A stretch of 55,852 nucleotides of DNA, the filler included, from Sandaracinaceae bacterium (GTDB taxonomy: Bacteria; Myxococcota_A; Polyangia; Polyangiales; JADJQN01): NCBI GenBank assembly GCA_947483975.1. It is 2 parts of 2 records of this genome, joined end to end, with 100 filler letters (N's around TTAATTAATTAA, not from the genome) between each part and the next. Parts side by side here need not be neighbours in the genome. Positions count along the whole stretch, not along the records: positions 1 to 27,942 come from CANKOL010000023.1; 1 more part is not named here. One strand, 5' to 3'. The notes beneath the pieces were generated by a model, which was given only the letters and a program-made list of their open reading frames with translations, was not told the DNA's origin and searched no databases. Both the position numbers and the translations under genes were made by a program. Each line of letters starts with the position of its first letter. The stretch's first letter is position 1. This document shows positions 9,619 through 22,346 of this stretch, piece by piece.

Positions 9619-11871
9619 TCAAATATCCGTGAAGAAAGGGCTGAGCCGCACCTGCGGGATGGACACATCGCCCTCGACGACGACGTAGTAAGTCCCCGCG
9701 TCGAGCGTGGTGCTGAGGGACGACGGCTCCGCCTCCGAGCAGCCGAGATCGGGGCCCGACGCACACGCGCTGCGGAGCGCGAGACCGATGAGGCCGGACC
9801 CTCCGACGGGCGAGGCGATCAGCGCGACGTTCTGCCGCCGCGGCAGCGTGAAGGAGTACACCGCATCAGGAGTGCCGCCGTACCCGCAAGAGAGCGACAG
9901 ATCATCGTCGTAGCTCGCCAGCGCGAGCAGCACTGGTGTGCCACTGACGAGCTCCGTCGCGCCCGAGCAGTCGTCGTTGGCGGGCACCGCCGTCGGCGGC
10001 GCGAGCGTCAAGAGCGCCTCGACCGAACCCGTCGTCGCCGTCGTGCCCGCCACGACATACCAGGTGCCTGCGGAGACGGAACGCCAGGTGTGCTCGAGGA
10101 CGTTCGCGCCATCGACGAACGTGCACGAGCGCTGCCCCGTCGCCTCGCCGCAGGTGCTCGTCAGCGAGAGCGTCGGAGAGTCTCCGAAGAACGGCCCGAG
10201 GGGCGTCGTGAAGCGGAGGCTGACGTCCTGCGCCGCCGCGAGCGTGAACGAGTAGACGAGGTCGCGCGCCAGCATCGAGCTAGGCGACGAGCACGACAGT
10301 CCGACGTCGAAGGCGAGCGCGTCGAGAGGAGTCGACAACGGCACGTCGGGCGAGAGGAGCGCCGCAGAAGAGCAGGAGTCTCCCGGCGGCGCGAACGTCG
10401 GCTCGGACACCCGCACATCGAGCGCGAAGTCATCGAGAGTGCCGCCCGAGGGCCCGGTGAAATTGGGCTCAGCGAGGATGAAATAGCTCCCCGCGGGCAG
10501 GGACCGGCGAAAGAGCGTGCTCACCCCGCCAGAGCGGTCGGGCACGCACGCGAGCGTGCTCGCTGGCGCCGCGCAGTCGCTGACGAGCGCGAGCGCCCCC
10601 GACGGCGTGAGGTCGAGTTGCACGTCCTTCGGCGAGGCGAGCGTGAGCACATAGGCGGCGTCCGCGCGCGTCATCGGGGGCGTGACGGAATTGCAGGTGA
10701 GGCCATAGTCGTCGTGGAGGTCGCCGCGCACCGCGCGAAACGTGCCTCCCGCGCTGACGTCGAGCGTCCCCGCGCCGCAGACGTCGACCGGCGGCGCGGT
10801 CGTCGGCGCGTCGAGCTCGACGACGAGGTCGAACCAGCCGGTCGCCTCACCGCTGACGAGGATCGCGTAGTCGCCCGGCGGCGCGCTCCGCACGCGCAGG
10901 GAGGTCGAGGTCCCGCACGCGAGCTCGCGCAGCTCCGGCCCCGTCGCGCAGTCGTCGAAGCGGCGCACCGTCATCCCGAGCGGCAGTCCGTAGGCCGGGC
11001 CCGAGCGATGGACGCGGACGACGAGGTCGCTCGTCGCCGGGACGGTCACGCGAAACACAGCATCCGTGACGGGACCGCTGGGGAAGCCGCCCGGGCAGTG
11101 CAGCGCGTAGTCATCGCTGAGCCCGCGGGTCGAGGCGGAGTACGAGCCCGCGCCGGGCAGCACGCGCGCCGTCGCGCAGGCGTCGTTGGTCGGCACGCAG
11201 GCGGGCGTCGCGAAGTCGCGCAAACCGTCGCAGTCGTCGTCGAGGTCGTTGTCGCAGACCTCGACGCGCCCGGGCGCGACGCTCGCGCCGCCGAGCGCGG
11301 GGTCGTCGAGGCAGTCCGTGCCGCCGCAGAAGCCGTCCCCGAAGCCGTCGCCGTCGCGGTCCCGCGGCGCGCTCGCGCAGCCCGTCGCCGCGTCACAGGT
11401 GTCCGTCGTGCAGTCGTCGCCGTCGTCGCAGGCGAGCGCTGCGCCCGCGACGCAGCCGAGCGCGACATCGCAGCGCTCCGCCCCATTGCACGCGTCACCG
11501 TCGCTGCAGAGCGCGGGAGTCGGCCGGTGCGAGCACCCGCGCACGGGCTCGTCGCAGCTGTCGCGCGTGCAGTCGACGGCGTCCGCGCAAGGGTCGACGC
11601 CCGCGACGCAGACGCCCGCCTCGCAGCGCTCCGCGCCGTCGCAGAAGCAGCCATCATCGCAGTCGCTGATCACCGCGCACGCACCGCCGACGGGCACTCG
11701 CGCGCGGCACATTTCGGGCATTCCAGCGTCTCCCGCGTCGCCGGATGCGTCCGCCATGCCCGAGTCTGCCGGTGGTCCGGCTGCGTCGTCGTCACCACAC
11801 GCGGCGCCGAGGGCTCCGAAGGAAGCCGTGAGCGCGACCGCCAAGAGGAAGGCTGGAGAGGACGGTCGCAT
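9619..11871 (-). CDS. Cys-rich secreted lipoprotein with repeated PPC-like beta-sandwich modules
   Basis: Lipobox ALGAAC; CDDGCFCDGAERC and CDDGDDCTTDTC repeats; DRDGDGFG/EVCDNDLDDDCDG; four ND(A/D)C...D(A/L)V(F/Y)...GxY modules. Start ATG 11871. Confidence 0.75.
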   Translation of the reverse strand: MRPSSPAFLLAVALTASFGALGAACGDDDAAGPPADSGMADASGDAGDAGMPEMCRARVPVGGACAVISDCDDGCFCDGAERCEAGVCVAGVDPCADAVDCTRDSCDEPVRGCSHRPTPALCSDGDACNGAERCDVALGCVAGAALACDDGDDCTTDTCDAATGCASAPRDRDGDGFGDGFCGGTDCLDDPALGGASVAPGRVEVCDNDLDDDCDGLRDFATPACVPTNDACATARVLPGAGSYSASTRGLSDDYALHCPGGFPSGPVTDAVFRVTVPATSDLVVRVHRSGPAYGLPLGMTVRRFDDCATGPELRELACGTSTSLRVRSAPPGDYAILVSGEATGWFDLVVELDAPTTAPPVDVCGAGTLDVSAGGTFRAVRGDLHDDYGLTCNSVTPPMTRADAAYVLTLASPKDVQLDLTPSGALALVSDCAAPASTLACVPDRSGGVSTLFRRSLPAGSYFILAEPNFTGPSGGTLDDFALDVRVSEPTFAPPGDSCSSAALLSPDVPLSTPLDALAFDVGLSCSSPSSMLARDLVYSFTLAAAQDVSLRFTTPLGPFFGDSPTLSLTSTCGEATGQRSCTFVDGANVLEHTWRSVSAGTWYVVAGTTATTGSVEALLTLAPPTAVPANDDCSGATELVSGTPVLLALASYDDDLSLSCGYGGTPDAVYSFTLPRRQNVALIASPVGGSGLIGLALRSACASGPDLGCSEAEPSSLSTTLDAGTYYVVVEGDVSIPQVRLSPFFTDI

Positions 11872-11944
11872 CGGAGAGAGGGTTCTTCCCGAGGGAAGTC
11901 GACGCAAGGAGAGCGGTGATACCCTCGCGCACCAGAGCCCCACG

Positions 11945-13186
11945 ATGCACGCCGCCTACGCCCGACACTGGACGCTCGAGCCCTCGATTCGCTTCCTCAA
12001 CCACGGCTCCTTCGGCGCGTGTCCGCGCGCGGTGCTCGACGCGCAGAGCGAGCTGCGCGCCCGCCTCGAGCGCGAGCCGGTGCAGTTCCTGGTGCGGCAC
12101 CTCGAGCCGCTCCTCGACGACGCGCGCGCGGTCCTCGCGGACTTTCTCGGTGCCGACCCGCGAGGGCTCGTCTTTCTCCCGAACGCGAGCACCGGTGTCG
12201 CGACGGCCCTCGCGTCGATCGACGACCTCGCGCCGGGCGACGAGCTGCTCGCGACCGACCACGGCTACAACGCGTGCCGGAACGCGCTCGATCGCCTCGC
12301 GGCGCGCACGGGCGCGCGCGTCGTCGTCGCGCACCTCCCGTTCCCCGTGACCTCCGCCGACGCGCTCGTCGACGCCGTGCTCTCGGCGGTGACGCCGCGC
12401 ACTCGCTGGGCGCTGCTCGATCACGTGACGAGCCCGACCGCGCTCGTCCTCCCGATCGCGCGCCTCGTCCGCGAGCTGCGCGCCCGCGACGTCGAGACGC
12501 TCGTCGACGGCGCGCACGCGCCCGGGATGCTCCCGCTCGACCTGCGCGCGCTCGACGCCGCCTACTACACAGGCAACTGCCACAAATGGGTCTGCGCCCC
12601 GAAGGGCGCCGCCTTCCTCGTGACGCGCGCAGACCTACGCGAGCGGACGCTGCCGCTCGTCACGAGCCACGGCGCGAACTCCCCGCGCACCGACCGCGCT
12701 CGCTATCTGCTCGAGCACGACTGGTGCGGCACCAGCGATCCGAGCGCCGTGCTCAGCATCCCCGCCGCGCTCCGCACGATGGCCGCGATGCTGCCCGGCG
12801 GCTGGCCCGCGGTGATGGCGCAGAACCACGCGCTCGCGCTCGACGCGCGCGCCCGCTTGGCCGCGGCGCTCGGCGTCGAGGCTGACGTCGCCCCGGCCGA
12901 GCTGCTCGGCTCGATGGCCGCGCTGCCTCTGCCCGCGAGCCGACAGACGCAGCGCACGCCTGCGCTCGTCCCTGACCCGCTCCAAGCTGCGCTGCCTTTC
13001 GACCCGCTCCAAGCTGCGCTCGTCTTCGATCCATTGCAGGTCGCGCTCTACGAGAAGCACCGCATCGAAGTGCCCATCATCGACTGGCCTGCGCTCGGTC
13101 AGCGCTTCGTGCGGGTCAGCGCGCAGCTCTACAACGACGCGTCGGACTACGACGCCCTCGGCGCCGCGCTCCGCGCCGAGCTGTAG
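11945..13186 (+). CDS. Class V PLP-dependent aminotransferase (isopenicillin-N epimerase/cysteine lyase-like)
   Basis: FLNHGSFGACP, DHVTSPTA, VDGAHAPG, GNCHKWVCAPKG (PLP lysine), RVSAQLYN. Start ATG 11945. Confidence 0.9.
   Translation: MHAAYARHWTLEPSIRFLNHGSFGACPRAVLDAQSELRARLEREPVQFLVRHLEPLLDDARAVLADFLGADPRGLVFLPNASTGVATALASIDDLAPGDELLATDHGYNACRNALDRLAARTGARVVVAHLPFPVTSADALVDAVLSAVTPRTRWALLDHVTSPTALVLPIARLVRELRARDVETLVDGAHAPGMLPLDLRALDAAYYTGNCHKWVCAPKGAAFLVTRADLRERTLPLVTSHGANSPRTDRARYLLEHDWCGTSDPSAVLSIPAALRTMAAMLPGGWPAVMAQNHALALDARARLAAALGVEADVAPAELLGSMAALPLPASRQTQRTPALVPDPLQAALPFDPLQAALVFDPLQVALYEKHRIEVPIIDWPALGQRFVRVSAQLYNDASDYDALGAALRAEL
12974..13054 (+). repeat. 27-bp in-frame tandem repeat x3 (DPLQAALxF)
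   Basis: gacccgctccaagctgcgct at 12974 and 13001; diverged third copy gatccattgcaggtcgcgct at 13028. Confidence 0.9.
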
Positions 13187-13192
13187 CCGCGC

Positions 13193-13846
13193 TCAATCGA
13201 GCGAGCGAATCGCGCTGACGACGTCCGCGGGCGACGCGACGATCTCTTCGGCGCCCGCATACGCGAGCTCCGCGTGCGTGCCGTAGCCGTAGGTCACGCC
13301 GACGGTGCGGATGCCGTTCGCGCGCGCGCCGACGACGTCGTGCTCACGGTCCCCGACCATCAGCGTCGTGCTCGGCTCGAGGTGCTCCTCGAGGACGAGG
13401 TGCGCGATCAGCGTCTTCTTGTGATCGAAGCGCCCATCGAGCTCCGCGCCGTAGACGCGCGTGAAGAGCGGCGCGAGCGCGAAACGCTCGATGATCCGCT
13501 CCGCGTAGACGCGCGGCTTGCTCGTCGCGACGAAGAGCTTGCGCCCGTCGCTCTTGAGCGCGCCGAGCATCTCGAGCACGCCGTCGTAGCGCGCGTTCTC
13601 GAAGAGCCCGACGGTCGCGAAGCGCTCGCGATAGAGCGCGATCGCGCGCTCGATGCTCGTCGGATCGTCGGTGCCGAGCAGCCGCGGGAACGACGTGCGC
13701 AGCGGCGGTCCGATGCACCAGAGCAGCTCTTTCTGCTCGGGCACGTGCGCGCCGAGCTCCTTCAGAGCGTGCCGAATGGAGAGGGTGATTCCCTCGAATG
13801 GGTTCGTGAGAGTCCCATCGAGGTCGAAGAGAATTGCAGTGTTCAC
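13193..13846 (-). CDS. HAD-superfamily hydrolase (phosphoglycolate phosphatase/5'-nucleotidase-like)
   Basis: LFDLDGTL, VATSKP and MVGDREHD motifs. Confidence 0.9.
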   Translation of the reverse strand: MNTAILFDLDGTLTNPFEGITLSIRHALKELGAHVPEQKELLWCIGPPLRTSFPRLLGTDDPTSIERAIALYRERFATVGLFENARYDGVLEMLGALKSDGRKLFVATSKPRVYAERIIERFALAPLFTRVYGAELDGRFDHKKTLIAHLVLEEHLEPSTTLMVGDREHDVVGARANGIRTVGVTYGYGTHAELAYAGAEEIVASPADVVSAIRSLD

Positions 13847-13872
13847 AGGGTATTCAAGCTCGAAGCAGGACT

Positions 13873-16485
<2,613 letters not shown>

Positions 16486-16566
16486 TCAGCCCCGCCACGC
16501 AAGGCCGGAGGCCAGCAAATTTCAGCGTGATATCAGTGGCTTACGCCGCCGTTCCGCTCGCGGCCT

Positions 16567-17157
16567 TCACTCCCCGCCGAACGAGAAGCCCTGGAGCTTG
16601 GCGACGACGTGCAGCGCGGTCTCGCGAACGGAGAGCGCGACGCTGGTGTCGATCAGCACCGGGCCGACGTCCGTGCAGTACACCGTGCGGGTCACTCGAC
16701 CGGCCTCGCCGCCCGCCTCCGTGACCTCGACGCAGTCCTCGAAGTCGCCTGCGCCGGTCGCGGCGCGCGCGGTCACCGACGTCACCGTCGCCGTCATCCC
16801 GCTCGTGCTCGGCCAGGTCGCGCCGACCTCGATGGGCGCGCGCAGCAGCCAGGTGCTGCTCCCCGGGCGAAAGAGTCCCTCGGGGCGCCGGTCGTAGATG
16901 CTCGGGCTTCCGCCTCCGCCCGGTGAGACCTCGAAGTGGGACCCGTCCGCGCGCACGACGCGCATCACGACGAGCGAGTCCATGGTGGTCCCGGTGTCGA
17001 TCTTGTAGCTCCACACATAGCCCGCCCCGAGCGGATAGAGCCTGTTCGGCGCGTGGACGTCGCCCGTCGGCCGGGCAGCGCCGGTCTGCGCCCCACCGCA
17101 CGAGGCGACCATGAGCGCGAGGGCGGCGAGGAGTGCGAGGCGGGAGACTGGGCGCAT
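16567..17157 (-). CDS. Hypothetical lipoprotein
   Basis: Signal peptide with lipobox MVASC; beta-rich mature domain (YPLGAGYVWSY, GDFEDCVEV, YCTDVGPV). Confidence 0.7.
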   Translation of the reverse strand: MRPVSRLALLAALALMVASCGGAQTGAARPTGDVHAPNRLYPLGAGYVWSYKIDTGTTMDSLVVMRVVRADGSHFEVSPGGGGSPSIYDRRPEGLFRPGSSTWLLRAPIEVGATWPSTSGMTATVTSVTARAATGAGDFEDCVEVTEAGGEAGRVTRTVYCTDVGPVLIDTSVALSVRETALHVVAKLQGFSFGGE

Positions 17158-17205
17158 CGGGAGGGCCTCTCGGAGTGGGAGCGGTGGGCTTGGGCGCGGC
17201 GCGCT

Positions 17206-17529
17206 TCAGCGCAGGTAGAGGAGCACCATCGCGAGAAAGAACGCCGAGCAGAGCCCGAGCACGATCAGTTGCGCGGGGTCGATGGAGATTCGCCGCTCGA
17301 GCTTCGCGGCGCTGTCGCGGACGACCGCGCTCTTGGCCACGCGCAGCGGCAGGGCGAGCTCGCGCACGCGCCGGTGGTCGCCGACCTCGAGCGCGCGGAG
17401 CACCGCGCGGACGGCGGCGCCCTCATCGTCGGAGGGCAGCGCGGCCCAGTCGATGTCGTCGAGCGGTGCCTGCGCGGCGCGCTTGCGGTCGCCCTTCTTG
17501 AGGGCGCGCGGCTCTGAAGTAAGCGACAT
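17206..17529 (-). CDS. Small hypothetical protein with C-terminal membrane anchor
   Basis: ATG 17529 (MSLTSE), coding-like codon bias, hydrophobic C-terminus LIVLGLCSAFFLAMVLLYL. Confidence 0.6.
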   Translation of the reverse strand: MSLTSEPRALKKGDRKRAAQAPLDDIDWAALPSDDEGAAVRAVLRALEVGDHRRVRELALPLRVAKSAVVRDSAAKLERRISIDPAQLIVLGLCSAFFLAMVLLYLR

Positions 17530-17601
17530 GGGGCGGCGGAGAGTAGCAGCAAAGAGGGCCCTTGGCGGCAACGCGCCGGTCCGCTACCCTCGGAGTCGAG
17601 C

Positions 17602-17988
17602 GTGACGTCAGCAGCACAAAAGCGGGTCCTCCTCGTCGATGACGACGCGGATATCCTGCGGCTCGTCGCGCTCGTGCTCCGGTCCGATGGCTACGACGTC
17701 GTGGCGGCGGGCAACGGCGAGGATGCGCTGCGCGAGTGCGAGAAGGAGCCCTTCTCGCTCGTGCTGCTCGACCTGATGATGCCGAAGATGGACGGCGAGA
17801 CGTTCCTGGGTCGCCTTCACGAGCGCTTCGGGGACGACGCTCCGCCCGTCGTCGTGGTCAGCGCGAGCTCCGAGCGCGCGGAGGTCGCGCGTTCGCATGG
17901 CGCGGTCGGCACGCTCGAGAAGCCGTTCGAGCTCGAGGACGTACGCGAGATGGTCGAGATGCTGCTGATGCGCAGCTCGCGGCCCTGA
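17602..17988 (+). CDS. Single-domain response regulator (CheY-like)
   Basis: VLLVDDD, LLDLMMPKMDG, VSAS and LEKPF receiver motifs. Confidence 0.92.
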   Translation: MTSAAQKRVLLVDDDADILRLVALVLRSDGYDVVAAGNGEDALRECEKEPFSLVLLDLMMPKMDGETFLGRLHERFGDDAPPVVVVSASSERAEVARSHGAVGTLEKPFELEDVREMVEMLLMRSSRP

Positions 17989-18028
17989 GCCGCGAAGCCG
18001 CGCGAGCCGCGGCGCGAAAGGGAACACC

Positions 18029-18868
18029 GTGCAGGACGTCTTCCGCGAGGGGCTCTTCGAGGGCCAGGTCGTGCTCATCACCGGCGGCGCGACCGGCATC
18101 GGCTTCGACGTCGCGAGAGAAACCGGACGGCTCGGCGCGAAGGTCGCGATCTGCGGGCGTCGCCAAGAGCGGCTCGACGCGGCCGTCGGGAAGCTGACCG
18201 CCGAGGGCATCACGGCGCTCGGGCTGCCCTGCGACATCCGGCAGCCGGACCAAGTGACGGCGCTCGTCGATCAGGTCAACGCCCAGCTCGGCCCGATCTC
18301 CGTGCTCGTGAACAACGCGGGCGGGCAGTTCCCGACGACGGCCGAAGCGCTCTCGCCGAAGGGCTTCGAGGCGGTGGTGCGCAACAACCTCCTCGGCACC
18401 TGGACCATGACGCACGCGGTCGCGACCCGCGCGATGATCCCGCAGAAGCGCGGGCGCGTCGTCAACGTGATCGCGAACGTCGCGCGCGGCTTCCCGGGCA
18501 TGGTGCACACGGGCGCTGCGCGGGCGGGCGTCGAGAACATGACCAAGACGCTCTCGATCGAGTGGGCGCAGCACGGGCTCCGCGTCAACGCGGTCGCGCC
18601 GGGCGTCATCCGCACGACCGGCACCGAGCAGTACCCGCCCGAGCTGCTCGAGATGAGCCGCAAGGCGACGCCGCTCAAGCGCCTCGGCACGAGCGAAGAG
18701 GTCGCGCACCTCATCACGTACCTCTCGTCGCGCGTCGCCGACTTCATCACGGGGCAGACGTTCTACATCGACGGGGGAGCGTCCCTCTGGGGGGACACCT
18801 GGATGATCCCCGACGTCCCCGGCGACGCGACGAGCGCGACGCTCCCGATTCAGGGCGGCACGAAGTAG
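18029..18868 (+). CDS. SDR oxidoreductase (dienoyl/trans-2-enoyl-CoA reductase-like)
   Basis: TGGATGIG, NNAGGQF, HTGAARAGV, RVNAVAPG and ITGQTFYIDGG motifs. Confidence 0.9.
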   Translation: MQDVFREGLFEGQVVLITGGATGIGFDVARETGRLGAKVAICGRRQERLDAAVGKLTAEGITALGLPCDIRQPDQVTALVDQVNAQLGPISVLVNNAGGQFPTTAEALSPKGFEAVVRNNLLGTWTMTHAVATRAMIPQKRGRVVNVIANVARGFPGMVHTGAARAGVENMTKTLSIEWAQHGLRVNAVAPGVIRTTGTEQYPPELLEMSRKATPLKRLGTSEEVAHLITYLSSRVADFITGQTFYIDGGASLWGDTWMIPDVPGDATSATLPIQGGTK

Positions 18869-18902
18869 CCGGCGACCGGCAGCCTGCGCCGGCGCGCGCT
18901 GC

Positions 18903-19760
18903 TCAGTCGTCCGACTCGACCGGCTCAGGCGCGGGGGGCGGGCGCTTCTTCCCGAAGAAGAACGCGAGCAGCACGCTGAAGTAGTAGAGCGTGATCAGCG
19001 GCACCAGCATCATCATCTGCGAGCCGACGTCGGGCGGCGTGAGCACCGCCGCGACGACCGCCGCGATCACGATGAACCAGCGCCCGAACTTGAGCAGCTG
19101 GCGCCAGTCGACGACGCCGGTCATCGCGAGGAACGTCACGACGACGGGCACCTCGAAGACGACGCCGAAGCCGAGCAGCATCTGCGTCGTGAAGTCGAGA
19201 TACTCGGACATCGTGATCGTCGGCGTGATGCGCACGCCGGCCATCGGGAGCATCTCGCTGAAGCCGAGGAACGTCTCGAACGCCGACGGGAACACGGCGT
19301 AGTAGCCGAAGGTCGCGCCGCCGAGAAAGCACAGCGTCGAGAAGAAGACGAACGGGAGCGCGTAGCGCTTCTCCTTGGCGTAGAGGCCCGGCGAGATGAA
19401 GCCCCACGCCTGCCAGAACACCCAAGGAGAGGAGACCAGGAAACCCACGAAGAGCGCGAGCTTCATGTAGACCATGAAGGCGTCCGCGGGGCTGAGGAAG
19501 TGCAGCCCGTTGACCGGGAGGTTCAGCTTGTGGATCGCGCGCCCGAGGGGGATCGCGAGAAAATCCATCAGCTTCACGCGGAAGATCCAGGCGAGCCCGA
19601 CCGACGGCAAGAAGAGATAGGTCGAGCGGATCAGCCGGAGTCGAAGCTCGTCGAGGTGATCGAAGAACGACATCTGCACGTCGTCCTCGGGCTTCGGGGC
19701 GGCGTCCTCGTCGTCGGTGTCGGGCTCGCTCTCGGCGGAGGCCTTGCGTGGACTCGCCAC
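18903..19760 (-). CDS. tatC: Twin-arginine translocase subunit TatC
   Basis: MSFFDHLDELRLRL, WGFISPGLYAKEK, FGVVFEVP, LTPPD; six TM helices. Confidence 0.95.
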   Translation of the reverse strand: MASPRKASAESEPDTDDEDAAPKPEDDVQMSFFDHLDELRLRLIRSTYLFLPSVGLAWIFRVKLMDFLAIPLGRAIHKLNLPVNGLHFLSPADAFMVYMKLALFVGFLVSSPWVFWQAWGFISPGLYAKEKRYALPFVFFSTLCFLGGATFGYYAVFPSAFETFLGFSEMLPMAGVRITPTITMSEYLDFTTQMLLGFGVVFEVPVVVTFLAMTGVVDWRQLLKFGRWFIVIAAVVAAVLTPPDVGSQMMMLVPLITLYYFSVLLAFFFGKKRPPPAPEPVESDD

Positions 19761-19763
19761 GCG

Positions 19764-20123
19764 CTACGCCTCTGCCGTCGGCGGGGTCGGCGCCGGGCTC
19801 GACTCGGCGACGTCGACGCCCTCGGGCGGGTACTCCTGCGCCTGCGCCGTGATCGGCACCGAGTCGGCGAGCGCCCGAGAGATGCGGGCGCCTGACGCGG
19901 CCTTGCGAGCCGAGCGCTGCATCTTCGGGACAGGCCGCACGAGGTCGTCCTCGGCCATCAGCTCGTCGAGACCGACCTGCGCGCGCAGTTCACGCGTCGC
20001 CTTCCGGAACTCCCGCATCGCGCGGCCGATCGACTTCATCATCACCGGCATACGGCGCGGCCCGACTGCCATGAGCAGCAGGACACCGATGACCACGAAC
20101 TCTCCGAACCCGATTCCGAACAT
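19764..20123 (-). CDS. tatB: Twin-arginine translocase subunit TatB
   Basis: MFGIGFGEFVVI..VGPRRMP..IGRAMREFRKA; directly upstream of tatC. Confidence 0.88.
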   Translation of the reverse strand: MFGIGFGEFVVIGVLLLMAVGPRRMPVMMKSIGRAMREFRKATRELRAQVGLDELMAEDDLVRPVPKMQRSARKAASGARISRALADSVPITAQAQEYPPEGVDVAESSPAPTPPTAEA

Positions 20124-20179
20124 ACGTCAGCGGAGGGGTAGCACCGCGCGCGGGGCGACGGTACGCGAGCGCCGCAACT

Positions 20180-22249
20180 TCACTGCCCGCCCTGCGGCTG
20201 CTCGGCGAGCACCTTCTTGAGCCGGGTCGCAGCACCCGCGAGGTCTCGCAGATGGCGCTCGTAGGCGCGCGTGATCTCCTGGATGCGCTGCGCGGCGAGG
20301 AGCGTCTGCTCGCTGCCGCGGGACTGCGCGCGCTGCGACTGGTGCAGCTGATTGACCATGTTGGAGATGTTCTCGATCGCCTGCGTGATCTGCCGCCCGC
20401 CGCGCGTCTGCTCCTGCGAGCTGCGCTCCACGTGCTGCGTGATCAGGCGCATCTTCTCGGCGCTCTTCATGATCAGCTCGGAGCCGCGCGCCTGCTCGGC
20501 CGTGGCCGCGGCGATCTGCTGCACGGTCTCCGCGATGCGGCCGATCGAGTCGGTGACCTGCTTGCTGCCCTTCGCCTGCTCGACCGTCGCGCGCGCGATG
20601 GCGCGGACCATGTTCGTCGACTTCCGCGAGGACTCGAGGATCTTCTTGAGGGCGCGCTCGGCCTCGGCGCTGACCTCGACGCCGCGGTCGACGGTGTGCG
20701 CGCCGCGCTCGACGGCGGCGATCGCGTTCTTCGACTCCGCCTGGATCGTCTTGATCAGGTCGGCGATCTCCTTGGTGGAGCTGCCCGCGCGCTCGGCGAG
20801 GTCCTTGATCTCGTCGGCGACGACGGCGAAGCCCTTGCCGTGCTCGCCCGCTTGCGCGGCGATGATCGCGGCGTTGAGCGCGAGGAGGTTCGTCTGCTCG
20901 GCGACGTCGTCGATGACGTTGAGGATGTCGCCGATCGCCTCGATCCGGCTGCCGAGCGACGCGATGACCGCGACGGCGTCGCTCGAGGTGTCCTTGATGC
21001 GGTTGATCTCGGCGATCGTCTTGAGGATCGCCTCGGCGCCGCGCTCCGCGTCGATGGCGACGTCCTCGGAGAGCTTCGCCGTCTCGTTGGCGTTCGACTG
21101 CACCTGATCGATGGAGACGTCCATCTCGTTCATCGAGGAGCTGGTCTCTTCGGCGGTGAGCGAGAGCTCATCGACGTTGCGCGCGACCTCCTTGATCGAA
21201 TAGGCCATCTCCTCGATGGAGGAGACGGTCTCGCGCACGCTCGAGGCGAGGTTGGTCATGTTCTCGGCGACCTCGTCGTTGGTCGCCGTCATCTCGAGGA
21301 TGGAGGAGGAGGACTCCTCCGCGCTCGAGGCGAGCACCTCGACGTGCTGCGCGATCTCGCGGAGCGCTGCGGCCATATCGGTCATCGAGCGGGTCGTCTG
21401 ATCGACGGCGGCCATCTGCTCGTCGAGGCCCGCGGAGAGCTCGTTGATCTGCGCGCTGACGGTGTGCTCGACCGTCCCGACCTCGGAGAGCAGCGTGCGC
21501 ACGCGCTCCTTCTGCGCGACGATCTCGCCGCGCAGCCCGTCGGCGTCGGCGTTCGAGAGCGAGCCCGCGCTCGCCTCGAGCTCGAGCAATTGCTCGCGGG
21601 AATCTTCGAGCGAGCGCGTGAGGGACTCGGCCTCCCGACGCGAGCCGTCGAGGTCCTTGCGGAGGCGCTCGGCCTCGCCCTTGGCGCGCTCGATGTCGCC
21701 CTGCGCGCGGGCGGCCTCGCCCTTCGTGCGCTCGAGCTCGTTCTTGGCGTCGTCGGCGTCGCGGCGGGCGCGGTCCGCCTCGTCGCGATTGCGAGAGACC
21801 TCGGCGCGCACACGGTCTGCCTCGCCCCGCGCGTCCTCGACGTCTCGCTTGGCGCGGGCGGCGTCTCGCTTGGCGTCGTCGGCTTCGCGCTGGATTCCGT
21901 CGAGCTCTTTGCGGACCTCGCCCGCGGCTTCGCTCGCCTTGCGCACGTCGACGGCGGTCGTCTCGAGCGCATCGAAGACGTCCGCTAGCTCGCCCTTCAC
22001 GTCGGCTGGACGCGTCGGCCGATCCCCCTTCGCGGCCGTGCGAACGGCGTCCCGAAGGCCACCGAGCGACGCGCTGCCCGCTCCGGCACCGCCCATCGCG
22101 ACGACGCCGCCCACGAGCCCTGCGAGGAGGGTGATCGCTACGACGGCCTGCGTTGCGAGGTTGGGGATCCAGATCGCCGCCGCAGCACCGAGCGCCGCGA
22201 TCAGGATGCCAGCGAGGAGAGTCGGGCTCTTTTGAAGGCGGGCGAACAT
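20180..22249 (-). CDS. Methyl-accepting chemotaxis protein with long coiled-coil insert
   Basis: Hairpin tip [39 protein letters not shown]; two N-terminal TM helices. Start ATG 22249 (MFARLQ). Confidence 0.9.
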   Translation of the reverse strand: MFARLQKSPTLLAGILIAALGAAAAIWIPNLATQAVVAITLLAGLVGGVVAMGGAGAGSASLGGLRDAVRTAAKGDRPTRPADVKGELADVFDALETTAVDVRKASEAAGEVRKELDGIQREADDAKRDAARAKRDVEDARGEADRVRAEVSRNRDEADRARRDADDAKNELERTKGEAARAQGDIERAKGEAERLRKDLDGSRREAESLTRSLEDSREQLLELEASAGSLSNADADGLRGEIVAQKERVRTLLSEVGTVEHTVSAQINELSAGLDEQMAAVDQTTRSMTDMAAALREIAQHVEVLASSAEESSSSILEMTATNDEVAENMTNLASSVRETVSSIEEMAYSIKEVARNVDELSLTAEETSSSMNEMDVSIDQVQSNANETAKLSEDVAIDAERGAEAILKTIAEINRIKDTSSDAVAVIASLGSRIEAIGDILNVIDDVAEQTNLLALNAAIIAAQAGEHGKGFAVVADEIKDLAERAGSSTKEIADLIKTIQAESKNAIAAVERGAHTVDRGVEVSAEAERALKKILESSRKSTNMVRAIARATVEQAKGSKQVTDSIGRIAETVQQIAAATAEQARGSELIMKSAEKMRLITQHVERSSQEQTRGGRQITQAIENISNMVNQLHQSQRAQSRGSEQTLLAAQRIQEITRAYERHLRDLAGAATRLKKVLAEQPQGGQ

Positions 22250-22346
22250 GTACCTCGGGCGTCCAGCGGAAATGAACGCCCGGCGAGAGTAGCGGTGCGA
22301 GGCCGAAGATCCAAGTGCGCGACAACGTTCGTGGTCAGAGGCAACG

